This document shows positions 30,595 to 39,450 of a stretch of 64,000 bases of DNA, in pieces. Position 1 is the first letter of the stretch, and the number at the start of each line of letters is the position of its first letter. The stretch comes from Methylococcaceae bacterium (GTDB lineage Bacteria > Patescibacteriota > Microgenomatia > UBA1400 > PJMF01), in contig JBILVZ010000002.1 in the NCBI GenBank assembly GCA_044370175.1, positions 8,759 to 72,758 of the forward strand, written 5' to 3'. Below the pieces are notes generated by a model. It saw only the letters and a list, made by a program, of their open reading frames with translations. It ran no database searches and had not been told where the DNA came from. A program made the position numbers and the translations under genes.

Positions 30595-31062
30595 ATGTCG
30601 CATCAAGAAGCAAAATTAAACCTAGAGAAATACTTTAAGCTTTTAAAAAAGAAGGGATTAAAGCTCACGCAAACCCGTGGTTTGCTACTGGCAGTTATTG
30701 ACACGTTTACTACACCATTTACCGCTGAAGATTTACTGCAACATATTCATAAACAGCAGCTACAAGTACACCGAGCAACAGTTTATAGAGATCTGCATCA
30801 CTTTACACAAGCTGGCATACTGAACGAACTGACGTTTGAGGGTTCAGATGCACACTACTACGAACTTCCGACACAACCACGCCATCATCATTTTGTATGT
30901 CAAAAATGCTCAAAAATCATTGATGTTTTTCCAACAAAAGTTGAGAGGGCGCTTGAAAAATTTACAGCAGCACTCAGCTCAGAAGGTTTATCTGTTACCC
31001 ATCATCATCTAAAGTTCTACGGCAGATGCTCGGAATGTTCAGCTGCTACTGCTATAGCATAA
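30595..31062 (+). CDS. Fur-family transcriptional regulator
   Basis: LKLTQTR, ATVYR.L, HHHFVCQKC, YGRCSEC. Confidence 0.93.
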   Translation: MSHQEAKLNLEKYFKLLKKKGLKLTQTRGLLLAVIDTFTTPFTAEDLLQHIHKQQLQVHRATVYRDLHHFTQAGILNELTFEGSDAHYYELPTQPRHHHFVCQKCSKIIDVFPTKVERALEKFTAALSSEGLSVTHHHLKFYGRCSECSAATAIA

Positions 31063-31103
31063 TAAAAAGCTCAGTTTCAGAAACAATACTGTATACTTCA
31101 TAT

Positions 31104-31553
31104 ATGCTCGATGTTAAAAGAATTACACGTACTGATGATCTAGCAACACTGACTCTGGAAATTAATGGTGCCATCTGGGACAGCGAAAATGATCTGAGTG
31201 TCTATACTGTTGTAGGACTAAGAAATTACCTGAGCAGTAATACAGCTTTATTTTTGGCTTGTTTTATAGAAAACCAACTTGCAGGAATTGCCTCAGGCAA
31301 TCTGCTGCTCAAACCCTATGATACTGAACTGTGGCTGTATGTGAACGAAGTCGATGTGGCAGAACCACATCGGCGAAAAGGTGTTGCAACAGCACTGATG
31401 CGAGAATTTTTTGCCATTGCAAGCGAGCGTAACTGCAGAGAAGTTTGGGTGGGGAGTGAAGTAACAAATACCACTGCAAACAAGTTCTATAGATCACTTA
31501 CTCCTTCAGAGATACAGGACTTTACGGGGTATACTTTTAAACCGACTAAATAA
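31104..31553 (+). CDS. GNAT acetyltransferase
   Basis: VAEPHRRKGVATALM, N..A.KFYRSL. Confidence 0.9.
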   Translation: MLDVKRITRTDDLATLTLEINGAIWDSENDLSVYTVVGLRNYLSSNTALFLACFIENQLAGIASGNLLLKPYDTELWLYVNEVDVAEPHRRKGVATALMREFFAIASERNCREVWVGSEVTNTTANKFYRSLTPSEIQDFTGYTFKPTK

Positions 31554-31562
31554 TTAGTGCTC

Positions 31563-32303
31563 ATGAAATCACTTCTATATTCAGTAATTACGTTGCTAGC
31601 CTCAATCAAGCACAAATTTGACCTACCTGAGAAGACTGGTGATTTTTTTGTAAAAAATAAGCCCAGCTATATCTCTCAGTTCATTGGCATATACCCACAA
31701 TCAATAACACCGCACTCCATACTGGGTGACAAGAAACACATCGCTCAATTTGGTGCAAAAGATCAAAAGGAGTTTTCATTTTGGGCGTGGAGAAATTGTG
31801 GTATTGCTTGTGTGAAAATGATTCTAGATGTTCGTCAAAAGGCAAAAAACAAATCAATTATGGATTTAACCAAAGAAGGGATCAAGTTAGGTGGATATAT
31901 TGTATATGAAGATACAAAGTTTGTTGATAAAGGCTGGTTCCATCATTCATTGGTCGCTTTGCTTAAAAAATATCAGGTGTCTGCACGAGCTCGAAAATGG
32001 CAGACGATAGAGTCAGTTGCACGAGATATTCTCAATAATAAACTTGTTATTTTATCCGTATTGGTGCCTGGACGAAGACACATTGCAGAAGATGGCTCTT
32101 TCAAACTTAAGCCAGGTGGAAAGTTGAGAGGTCATTTGTTACTTGCAACGGGCGTTCGGATGCTGAAAAAACAAGTTGTTGGCATATTTGCTCATGATCC
32201 AAGAGGTCTAAAAGAATATCAGGAAGACACGTTTATCCCTGCTTCTGTTTTCAAGAAAATCTTTACCAATCGAACGATTATTGCAGACAACGATGTGGAC
32301 TAA
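31563..32303 (+). CDS. C39-like papain-fold peptidase
   Basis: NCGIACVKM (Cys), GHLLLATG (His), AHDP (Asp). Confidence 0.75.
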   Translation: MKSLLYSVITLLASIKHKFDLPEKTGDFFVKNKPSYISQFIGIYPQSITPHSILGDKKHIAQFGAKDQKEFSFWAWRNCGIACVKMILDVRQKAKNKSIMDLTKEGIKLGGYIVYEDTKFVDKGWFHHSLVALLKKYQVSARARKWQTIESVARDILNNKLVILSVLVPGRRHIAEDGSFKLKPGGKLRGHLLLATGVRMLKKQVVGIFAHDPRGLKEYQEDTFIPASVFKKIFTNRTIIADNDVD

Positions 32304-32323
32304 CTTTTTCAAAGCGCTTAGGT

Positions 32324-32440
32324 TCAGCTCCAAAACATAGCTTGATCAAAGTGATATCGATATTTTTCCATATCAATGGTGTAGTCGCTTCCCACCTCAA
32401 CTCCTTCTGCTGCCAATAATGTTTTTTGGGTGCGGGTCAC
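32324..32440 (-). pseudogene. 3'-end fragment of an MGMT/ATL-like (alkyl-DNA repair) gene, copy A
   Basis: Translates as QKTLLAAEGVEVGSDYTIDMEKYRYHFDQAMFWS*, matching the Q..LL.AEGV......ID..KY C-terminus of the family; 5' part absent. Confidence 0.65.
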
Positions 32441-32619
32441 TAGTTAACGAACTGCTTTGTCTATCGCTCGCGTACTCACCCTCAGGTGGAACCAAATCTA
32501 TCCTAACATACTCTCCACTTTTCATAAACTTCAGAAACTAGGTTTTACTCACAAAATCTCAAAAGACGGCAGTATTTTTATTATCGTACCTCTTGGGCTT
32601 ACCCAGGAGAAAGGTTCCC

Positions 32620-33123
32620 ATGATTGACCTACTTCTTTCTCTGCTCTGGCAGCTGAGGTATAAAACAAAGCCATCTGATCTGGTTGTCTCAGAACTGCAC
32701 AACGAAGCCACGTTTTATAAAAAGTTTCTTCAAGACCTAAAGACTGCCAAAACTGAGGTGATTATTGAAAGTCCATACATTACTACCCAGCGTATGAAGC
32801 AGCTCAAGCCTGCTTTTGTGCTGTTGGTCAAGAGAAAAATCAAAGTTTACCTGCTTACCAGAGACCCAGATAGCCACGATGAATGGATGCGAACACAAGC
32901 AGAACAAGGTATCAAACAATGCCAACTGCTTGGTATACAAGTGGTCTTAAATAGTCAGTTAAGCCACCGCAAGCTTGCTATAATTGACCGCCAGATTCTC
33001 TGGGAAGGCAGTCTCAACATTCTTTCTCAGTGCCAAAGCCAGGAGATCATGCGCAGAATTGACAGCCAGAGCCAGGCAACTGCCTGTTTTTCATTCATTG
33101 GACTGAGTAAATATGTCTATTAG
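32620..33123 (+). CDS. Single-HKD phospholipase D-fold protein (Nuc-like nuclease candidate)
   Basis: IIESPYIT, HRKLAIID.....GSLN; SD AGGAG/AAGG before ATG 32620. Confidence 0.88.
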   Translation: MIDLLLSLLWQLRYKTKPSDLVVSELHNEATFYKKFLQDLKTAKTEVIIESPYITTQRMKQLKPAFVLLVKRKIKVYLLTRDPDSHDEWMRTQAEQGIKQCQLLGIQVVLNSQLSHRKLAIIDRQILWEGSLNILSQCQSQEIMRRIDSQSQATACFSFIGLSKYVY

Positions 33124-33156
33124 TTAAAACTTGTAATCAAAAGGTATAATACCGCT

Positions 33157-33372
33157 ATGCAACAAGACACTCCTTACCAAATCAATGAAAAAGATATAGA
33201 CCAAGTACTGGCATTCTTAAAAGATACCGATCCTGAAAATGCAACGCCAGAGAAAGCTATTGCACTGCTTGAAGACTTACAAGCTACCATTCACAACATG
33301 AATCACGAGAACCCAGAACAGCTCCAAGCCTTATATGATAGCTTGGCAAAAAATAAGAAAAAAGCTGAGTAA
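33157..33372 (+). CDS. Small hypothetical protein
   Basis: 71 aa; TATAAT 6 nt before ATG. Confidence 0.75.
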   Translation: MQQDTPYQINEKDIDQVLAFLKDTDPENATPEKAIALLEDLQATIHNMNHENPEQLQALYDSLAKNKKKAE

Positions 33373-33376
33373 ACCT

Positions 33377-33601
33377 TTAAAAGGTCAATACGTCTGAAGA
33401 CTTGATGCCGAGTGCTCCCAAAATCTTTTTGAGGGTTAAAATTGAAGAGATTGCTTCTCCCCGTTCCACTTTTGAGTAGTAGTTACTGTTAATCCCTGCC
33501 TTTTTAGCGAGTTGTGCTTGGGTGAGGTTATTATCAAGACGAGCCTGCTTGAGCTTGGCAATAATCTGTTGATTTGTTTTCTTCTCTTGAGCAGTAAGCA
33601 T
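33377..33601 (-). CDS. XRE-family HTH regulator
   Basis: LKQAR...LTQAQLAKKAGI...YYSKVERG. Confidence 0.92.
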   Translation of the reverse strand: MLTAQEKKTNQQIIAKLKQARLDNNLTQAQLAKKAGINSNYYSKVERGEAISSILTLKKILGALGIKSSDVLTF

Positions 33602-33657
33602 ATAGTGTAGTATATCAGGTCATAAGTATCTATTCATTCATTTGAAGAAAGGAAAGT

Positions 33658-34119
33658 ATGACCAATCCAGTTTCAAAGCCTGAAAATCTTTATGCAGTAT
33701 TATTTATAACGAAGCGGATAAATAAAGATTCTGTTGTTACTTTGAATACACAAGAAACTATGTGCAAAAATGCTGCTATAAAAAGTGGGTATCAAGTTAT
33801 TAAGATATTTAGAGAAAAAACCAATTTTTCAATTAAAATCGCTGATAGACCTATCGTCACTGAACTACTTGAATACTGTAAAACACACAGGGGCAAGGTC
33901 AATGCAGTTTTTGTAAATACTCTGGACACTATTTCTGCTGATATTTACGAATATATATCAGTAAGAAAACAATTAAGTGCACATGAAGTATCAATTTTTT
34001 CAGCAACAGAGCCTATTACTAATTATTCTGAAAAAAAGCATGTGGAGACGATACTTTTTGCATTTGCAGAACTGGATAAGGCCGTGCGAACTGGAAAACT
34101 TCCTATCTCGACTGAGTAA
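33658..34119 (+). CDS. Serine-recombinase (resolvase) catalytic-domain homologue, degenerate
   Basis: Q..MC...A...GY.V.K.F.E, DRP...LL..C, V..LD.IS, SATEP, FAELD; RVS and DRLSR motifs altered; no DNA-binding domain. Confidence 0.75.
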   Translation: MTNPVSKPENLYAVLFITKRINKDSVVTLNTQETMCKNAAIKSGYQVIKIFREKTNFSIKIADRPIVTELLEYCKTHRGKVNAVFVNTLDTISADIYEYISVRKQLSAHEVSIFSATEPITNYSEKKHVETILFAFAELDKAVRTGKLPISTE

Positions 34120-34333
34120 CTTCTTGCAAAGTTTTTCCATCGAAAATGGATCGTTCGTACTCATCCAGCCAAGTACTAATGAGATAATCTATGCAGGTAA
34201 TTTGGTGCTTTATTTCTTCATCAGTCATTCCCTCAGCACACTTGCCAAGGATCTTACGTGTTTCTTGAATCTCATTTTCATCTTCAATAAATGGATTGTC
34301 AGTATGGTTAACTACCTTTGAATGTCGAAACAT
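34103..34333 (-). CDS. Small acidic hypothetical protein
   Basis: 76 aa; SD AAGGTGG; MTDEEI..WLDEYER..F.GKTL. Confidence 0.7.
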   Translation of the reverse strand: MFRHSKVVNHTDNPFIEDENEIQETRKILGKCAEGMTDEEIKHQITCIDYLISTWLDEYERSIFDGKTLQEVTQSR

Positions 34334-34423
34334 ACCACCTTTCTTAAATATGATATTTAAAACATGGTTTTAATTTATACCCAGCATCAAATAAATTAAG
34401 CACTTAATATAACAAGTAAATAT

Positions 34424-34966
34424 TCAGTCTTGAAGTAGCTTTGAAATATCCTCCATTAAAAATATTAACTCTGTTGCTGTAATGAAATCAGGAGTAACTG
34501 GCTTTCCTTTTAGGCTTGTGTCAATTGTTTTATCTCTCCATGTTATTGGCTGATCTTTTTTAATAGTTTCTTCTGTAAAATTAAAAGTATTTCCATGAGC
34601 AGCACCATTTCTTAAATGTTTTGCGAATTTATATATTGGCATTGAATTAATCTTATTTTGATATTTAGAAGCTTGTAAAAAATCGAATAACAATATTGCC
34701 ATCATCCTACTTACATACGTCATAAATTTTTTGTTACTAGAAGTGTATGAGCCATCGCTACTTACTCTTAAATTAACTTCTTTGTTATACTCATTTATGC
34801 TTTTAGCAATAGCTGGGTGAATCCTTAAGAATGCAGTTTGAAAATTTGGATTTCCCACAAAGCCAATACTTAGAATGAAGAAGTCAAACATTTTTTTAAT
34901 TGGATCGAAAAGTGGATGAACTTGTATTTTATTGTAATCAACACTCATATTTATATACCCCATCAA
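34424..34966 (-). CDS. Putative HEPN-domain protein
   Basis: HLRNGAAHGN = R-x4-H motif in a helical protein; markedly AT-rich. Confidence 0.6.
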   Translation of the reverse strand: MMGYINMSVDYNKIQVHPLFDPIKKMFDFFILSIGFVGNPNFQTAFLRIHPAIAKSINEYNKEVNLRVSSDGSYTSSNKKFMTYVSRMMAILLFDFLQASKYQNKINSMPIYKFAKHLRNGAAHGNTFNFTEETIKKDQPITWRDKTIDTSLKGKPVTPDFITATELIFLMEDISKLLQD

Positions 34967-35066
34967 TATTTACTTTTCTATAATAATCGGCAGCTTTACT
35001 TACTAGTCTTGTATTATTCAGCTTGAATAGGTTTTATTATAAAAAAATTTGTATGTCTAGACATAG

Positions 35067-35095
35067 TAAAACAGCCACCCTTGTGAGGTGGCTGT
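35067..35095 (-). terminator. Intrinsic terminator of the large secreted-protein gene
   Basis: Minus strand ACAGCCACC-tcacaag-GGTGGCTGT-TTT. Confidence 0.7.
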
Positions 35096-35193
35096 GGTCT
35101 ATAGCTATGTAACTAGTTTAGTACCGCTTAATATCTTAGAAATCAAGATATCAGCAATAATAAAGTTAATTACATAGCTTTCAAACGAAGAAA

Positions 35194-38100
35194 TTAACGC
35201 TGAACAAGTGGGAGGAACAACATATTTTGTGGTGGAGGCGGCGGATCAACTTGGCATTGTGTGGTCGATCCAGGAGAGCCATTGAGTTCACTCTGCCCAG
35301 CCTCATTGAAAGCGCTGACCGCAAAATGGTATTCAGTCTGACATACCAAATTGGCGACAGTGAAACTAGTAACGCCAACCCCAACACGAGCAATCTCTTG
35401 ATATCCTGCACCCATATGTTGCCAAACGATAAAACCAGATTCGTTATCACTGGAATCGTCCCAAAGCACTTGAATGGTTGTATCCGTGTGTCCAGCGGTC
35501 CGAACATTTCTCGTCCACTCAGGAATTGTAGGTTGTTGATGACAACTACGAACCAACCCTGTTACTGAACCGCTCTTGCCATTGAGGAAATCTTTTTCAT
35601 CCTCGGTGTTTAACAACTTTGCAACCACACGGTATGTGTGCTGGCTGCCTTCTGCCCGACCTTCATCGGTGAAACTGTATGACGATTTTCCAACGATACT
35701 AGCCACTTCAGCAATCACTTGCTCATCTCGTAGCACATAGAACTTTTCCTCAAAATTTGAGTAGTCATTCCATGTAATCGTCAGTGATGAACAAGTGGGC
35801 GAATCGATAGCAGTAATCACAGGAATCGCAATTCGCACACCCACGAAAGTCAGGCCAGTCTTCACTTCACCCACTTCGTTACGAGCAGACACTTGCAGAA
35901 TGTATAGCCCAGGTTCAACTCCAGTAACTAACCAGGAAGTTTGACTTTTCCAGCCAGAGCTATATGTTTTTTCACCCAGAAGATCTGCCTTATAATCATT
36001 GGCTCGCTCTGCTGCACGCCAGGCAATATAAATCTGAGCGTCCTCATCAAAAACATTCATTCCTGTCAGCTCAGGCTCTGGAAGAGCGGGCGCAAACGCT
36101 GTACAAGCAGATGTTTGCCCCATTACCCAGCCGACCTGACCAGATTCACCGAATGCATTGGTTGAACTAACCTTGTAGAACTGCTGTGTACCACATTGGA
36201 CTTGATCGGTGAAACTGCGATTGGGCGTGTTGTGTGAGAGGAAAACAAATTCATTCCCGTTCCACTTGTACACCCTGAAACCCACGGTATTTGGTGTGGC
36301 ATGATCCCAAGCCAATGAAATGGAGTCTTCGGTCACGCCGCTGACACGTAAGTTATAGGGCGAAAGTGGAGCACAAGTCGCATTGCCAAAGATCTCGATG
36401 GATGATGTGCGGTTGTTGAGTGAGCCAATGTTTGGAATGTCGCCACTCAAACATTCAGATCGCTCACCTTGAGCTTCATTGTGTTCGTAGAGAATGCCGC
36501 TTTTGCCCACAGGGAACCTTACAGATTGCGCTGTGTCGTTGAAGTAATCTTTTGAACCCAAATTTTCCATGTTGTATACACCCGGGTCAGCACCTGCTGA
36601 CCAAGTATAACTTTGAAAATTTGAGTCATTGTGAAAAACCACACTAGTACGCAGCGTGTTAGGACAATCACCTTGATTGAAAACTTCGATGTCGGTGACT
36701 TGAGCATACAAATCAGATGGCCAACCGCTGGGCAGCGGGTCGCGTGGGGCGTTGTAGCATTCTACGGTACCTCTTTTGCTGCCCTCTCGATAAATTGACA
36801 CAGACATCCCAGAAGGCACTTCAGTCAGCCGGGTCATGGTGTCATTCCAGCCTGGCCCAAAGGCAGGCATTGAATGATATCCAGTACCGAACTGCCAGCA
36901 CCCTGTTGGGCTGCACATCACAATCAAACCTGAACCACCAGTTCCGCAGTCATTGCGGTTGAATGTCTCGATTGATTGAATGGAGTTGTGCCAACCGTGG
37001 TCCTGTAAATTGGGTACCGATTGATCCCAGCATCGCTGCTCACCACCCTTATTATCTCCGCGCCATGTTCTTGCACTCCATCCACTAGGAAGCTGCAGTG
37101 CATAAGAATTGGCATTTGGTGAATTGGAAAAGCCAAGTCCTCCAGACCATTGCACACTTCCACCATAGTTTGCCTGTGCGTATAACTTGGCATACCCCGT
37201 TGAAGTGTCGTTTGATGGATTGCAGTTGAATGACTTGGTCTTAACTGGGTTAAGGTTATGTTGGCTCCAAACAAAGTTGTTGCCTACTTTATCCCAGATT
37301 TCCAAACCAAATTCAACTGAACCATCTGGCACATTCCAAGCACACATGTTCCAGCTATAGCTGTATGGGGCAGTGCTCACTGTGGCGAGATTACGCCAAG
37401 TTCCATTCCACTTTGCTGAGTAGCGGAGTTCTTTAATACCACTATCAGTGTCTTGAACACCAGATACTGCAAGATTTGCAACACCTTGATTGATGGCGAC
37501 AGAAAAGCCTGATGCCAATGGAGGCGCGCAATCTGCGCTAGACGCAAAAGCATTGGAACTTTGGACACCACCACATTGGAATGCACCAATGAAAACATTT
37601 GCCACATGGGTTTGGTTTGCCTTGACAGTGATAGCATCTTGATTGAGGCTATCCTGTGTTAAGTCATTAAAAAACCCAGTAACACTTGTGCCATCAATGT
37701 TATATGCAGTAGCGCGCACTTTTACTTTTAACTGTGCGGGGATATTTTGAATTTCAAAATATCCGTTGATGTCTGTCTTACCACGAGCAATGACATCCTC
37801 CCGCATCAATACCTCAATACTTGCTGCGCCTGACGGTTGTCCATCTCTGTAGACTCTCCCGCCGATACTTCCAAAGCCTTCTGTATTCCATGAAGTTTCT
37901 CCCGGAACCAGAATCTCCCAGGCTGGGATAATTGTCCAGTGATGTCTGTCAGCAATACAGAAAGGCGGAATTTGATCAAAACCACAAGGCACGAAATGGT
38001 AGCCAAGATCAGCTGTAAGCTTTGCATTATCCAGATCAACTTCACCTGGTAATAATGCAATTTCTGTATAATAGAGCTTATTTGCTTCCAGCTTTTTAGC

Positions 38101-38610
38101 ATTTGCTGTCCCAAAAGTCACTTCAAATTCATTGTCAACTTCTGGGAGTACTGCAGTGTCAATGTACCATTCGGGCAAGTTAGATTGAGCCCACTGTGCG
38201 ACTGGAATTCCAGCGACGGTTGCTGTATTTACCCATACGCCCGGAGGAAACTGAGCACCTGTAGTATTGAACGAAAAGCCGTGCTCATAGGTTACTGCAC
38301 TTGAAAAAAGTGAACCATATGCAGCTTGAATTGCGGCAATCCTGTCAGCCGTCCAAATCATTTCCTGACGGATAACTCGATTGCCCTCATAGTTGACATA
38401 GGTGATAACTTTTCCAGCAGCGGGACGAAAATCACCAACGACATCAGTATATGCTTCGCTTGAATCCTCCTTCGTTTGAATTTGAACAGTTGAAATACTC
38501 GTTGGACTAACCTGCGCGACAGCAACAAAACTTTGGCTGGTGAGCATCAAAATGATGAGCACCATGAGCAATTTTTGCTTTGCTTTCACAAAGCTCGGTG
38601 AATCGTTCAC
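35194..38610 (-). CDS. Large secreted multidomain protein (carboxypeptidase-regulatory-like, Ig-like, beta/gamma-crystallin-like, FN3 repeats, FLPLVxR tail)
   Basis: Signal peptide; TDINGYFEIQNIP; DTDSGI..YSWN..DKVGN; LYAQANYGG, FHNDSNFQ, NNRTSSIE; SI.L.W and WDDSSDNE.GF FN3 units; ends PPPPPQNMLFLPLVQR; SD AGGAGG plus GTG. Confidence 0.88.
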   Translation of the reverse strand: MNDSPSFVKAKQKLLMVLIILMLTSQSFVAVAQVSPTSISTVQIQTKEDSSEAYTDVVGDFRPAAGKVITYVNYEGNRVIRQEMIWTADRIAAIQAAYGSLFSSAVTYEHGFSFNTTGAQFPPGVWVNTATVAGIPVAQWAQSNLPEWYIDTAVLPEVDNEFEVTFGTANAKKLEANKLYYTEIALLPGEVDLDNAKLTADLGYHFVPCGFDQIPPFCIADRHHWTIIPAWEILVPGETSWNTEGFGSIGGRVYRDGQPSGAASIEVLMREDVIARGKTDINGYFEIQNIPAQLKVKVRATAYNIDGTSVTGFFNDLTQDSLNQDAITVKANQTHVANVFIGAFQCGGVQSSNAFASSADCAPPLASGFSVAINQGVANLAVSGVQDTDSGIKELRYSAKWNGTWRNLATVSTAPYSYSWNMCAWNVPDGSVEFGLEIWDKVGNNFVWSQHNLNPVKTKSFNCNPSNDTSTGYAKLYAQANYGGSVQWSGGLGFSNSPNANSYALQLPSGWSARTWRGDNKGGEQRCWDQSVPNLQDHGWHNSIQSIETFNRNDCGTGGSGLIVMCSPTGCWQFGTGYHSMPAFGPGWNDTMTRLTEVPSGMSVSIYREGSKRGTVECYNAPRDPLPSGWPSDLYAQVTDIEVFNQGDCPNTLRTSVVFHNDSNFQSYTWSAGADPGVYNMENLGSKDYFNDTAQSVRFPVGKSGILYEHNEAQGERSECLSGDIPNIGSLNNRTSSIEIFGNATCAPLSPYNLRVSGVTEDSISLAWDHATPNTVGFRVYKWNGNEFVFLSHNTPNRSFTDQVQCGTQQFYKVSSTNAFGESGQVGWVMGQTSACTAFAPALPEPELTGMNVFDEDAQIYIAWRAAERANDYKADLLGEKTYSSGWKSQTSWLVTGVEPGLYILQVSARNEVGEVKTGLTFVGVRIAIPVITAIDSPTCSSLTITWNDYSNFEEKFYVLRDEQVIAEVASIVGKSSYSFTDEGRAEGSQHTYRVVAKLLNTEDEKDFLNGKSGSVTGLVRSCHQQPTIPEWTRNVRTAGHTDTTIQVLWDDSSDNESGFIVWQHMGAGYQEIARVGVGVTSFTVANLVCQTEYHFAVSAFNEAGQSELNGSPGSTTQCQVDPPPPPQNMLFLPLVQR

Positions 38611-38672
38611 TTAATCCTCCTGTGAACTTGAAACGGGATGGTAAAAAGGCCGATTAGAACCGTTTTTAACGG

Positions 38673-39450
38673 TACATACTCGGCGAAGTTAAGAGGTAAG
38701 TCTTTTTAATAACAATTAATGGGTTCAGAAAAACATGTGTCGCTAGCGGATTTTGTTACTTCTAAGCACACTTTTTCTGATGAATCGTTAGGCGTGTAGA
38801 TAACTTTCCATTTAAAGTCTTTTACAACCTCTTTTGCGTTATGCATTTTAAGAACTTTTGTTGAACATGATGATAGTGGTAGTTGTTGTCTTTCATGGGG
38901 ATAGAGTTTATAAGCGTTACGCAATAATGCACTTTGCTTATCATTGCTGTGGGCATACAACAAACTTACTGCTATGGCAAGAAATACCACTATAATGGTA
39001 GGGCGCATCTTAATTTCTGTTAAAGCAAGATTACTTTTCTTGGCAAATTTTCTAGACATTAGCCATGTAATTGCTAATAGTATTAAAAAAATTAACAGAG
39101 GGTTAATAATTGCCCCTATCATAGGTTTCATTACACCTTCTAAAGGTGCCTGAATGCACCTAAAAAAGTAAGGAAAACTAGGATCATAAATATAACTTTG
39201 ATATAACTTAAAACTTGGTAAGGGAAGATAGCCACAAACAATATCAATTTCATTATATGTATATGCTACATGAGTTCTTGTAAGTCCAGCATAAAACACA
39301 AAAATTGATCCTATTACTAACAGGAAGAATGAAAATAGCTTTTTTCCATAAGTACTCACGCTATTTTTCTCTAATTTTGTATTATGAATCATACCAAATG
39401 ATTATATATTAAAAATAATATAATTACCTCCAAACTTCACCGAGTATGTA
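38673..39450. mobile_element. 778-bp inverted-repeat-bounded cassette without transposase
   Basis: TACATACTCGGCGAAGTTAAGAGGTAA (38673-38699) vs reverse complement of 39424-39450 TACATACTCGGTGAAGTTTGGAGGTAA: 24/27 identical. Confidence 0.8.
38706..39392 (-). CDS. 3-TM membrane protein with Cys-containing soluble segments (cassette passenger)
   Basis: 228 aa, very AT-rich, fills the interval between the IRs, TATAAT 8 nt before ATG. Confidence 0.75.
   Translation of the reverse strand: MIHNTKLEKNSVSTYGKKLFSFFLLVIGSIFVFYAGLTRTHVAYTYNEIDIVCGYLPLPSFKLYQSYIYDPSFPYFFRCIQAPLEGVMKPMIGAIINPLLIFLILLAITWLMSRKFAKKSNLALTEIKMRPTIIVVFLAIAVSLLYAHSNDKQSALLRNAYKLYPHERQQLPLSSCSTKVLKMHNAKEVVKDFKWKVIYTPNDSSEKVCLEVTKSASDTCFSEPINCY

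Noticed and set aside
34414-34975. 11-bp inverted repeat AAGTAAATATT flanking the HEPN-motif gene
   Set aside because: Short and almost all A/T in very AT-rich DNA; plausible by chance and does not extend
35100-35180. Possible integron attC site
   Set aside because: Ends do not fit RYYYAAC/GTTRRRY, no similar sites after neighbouring genes, and no intI in the window
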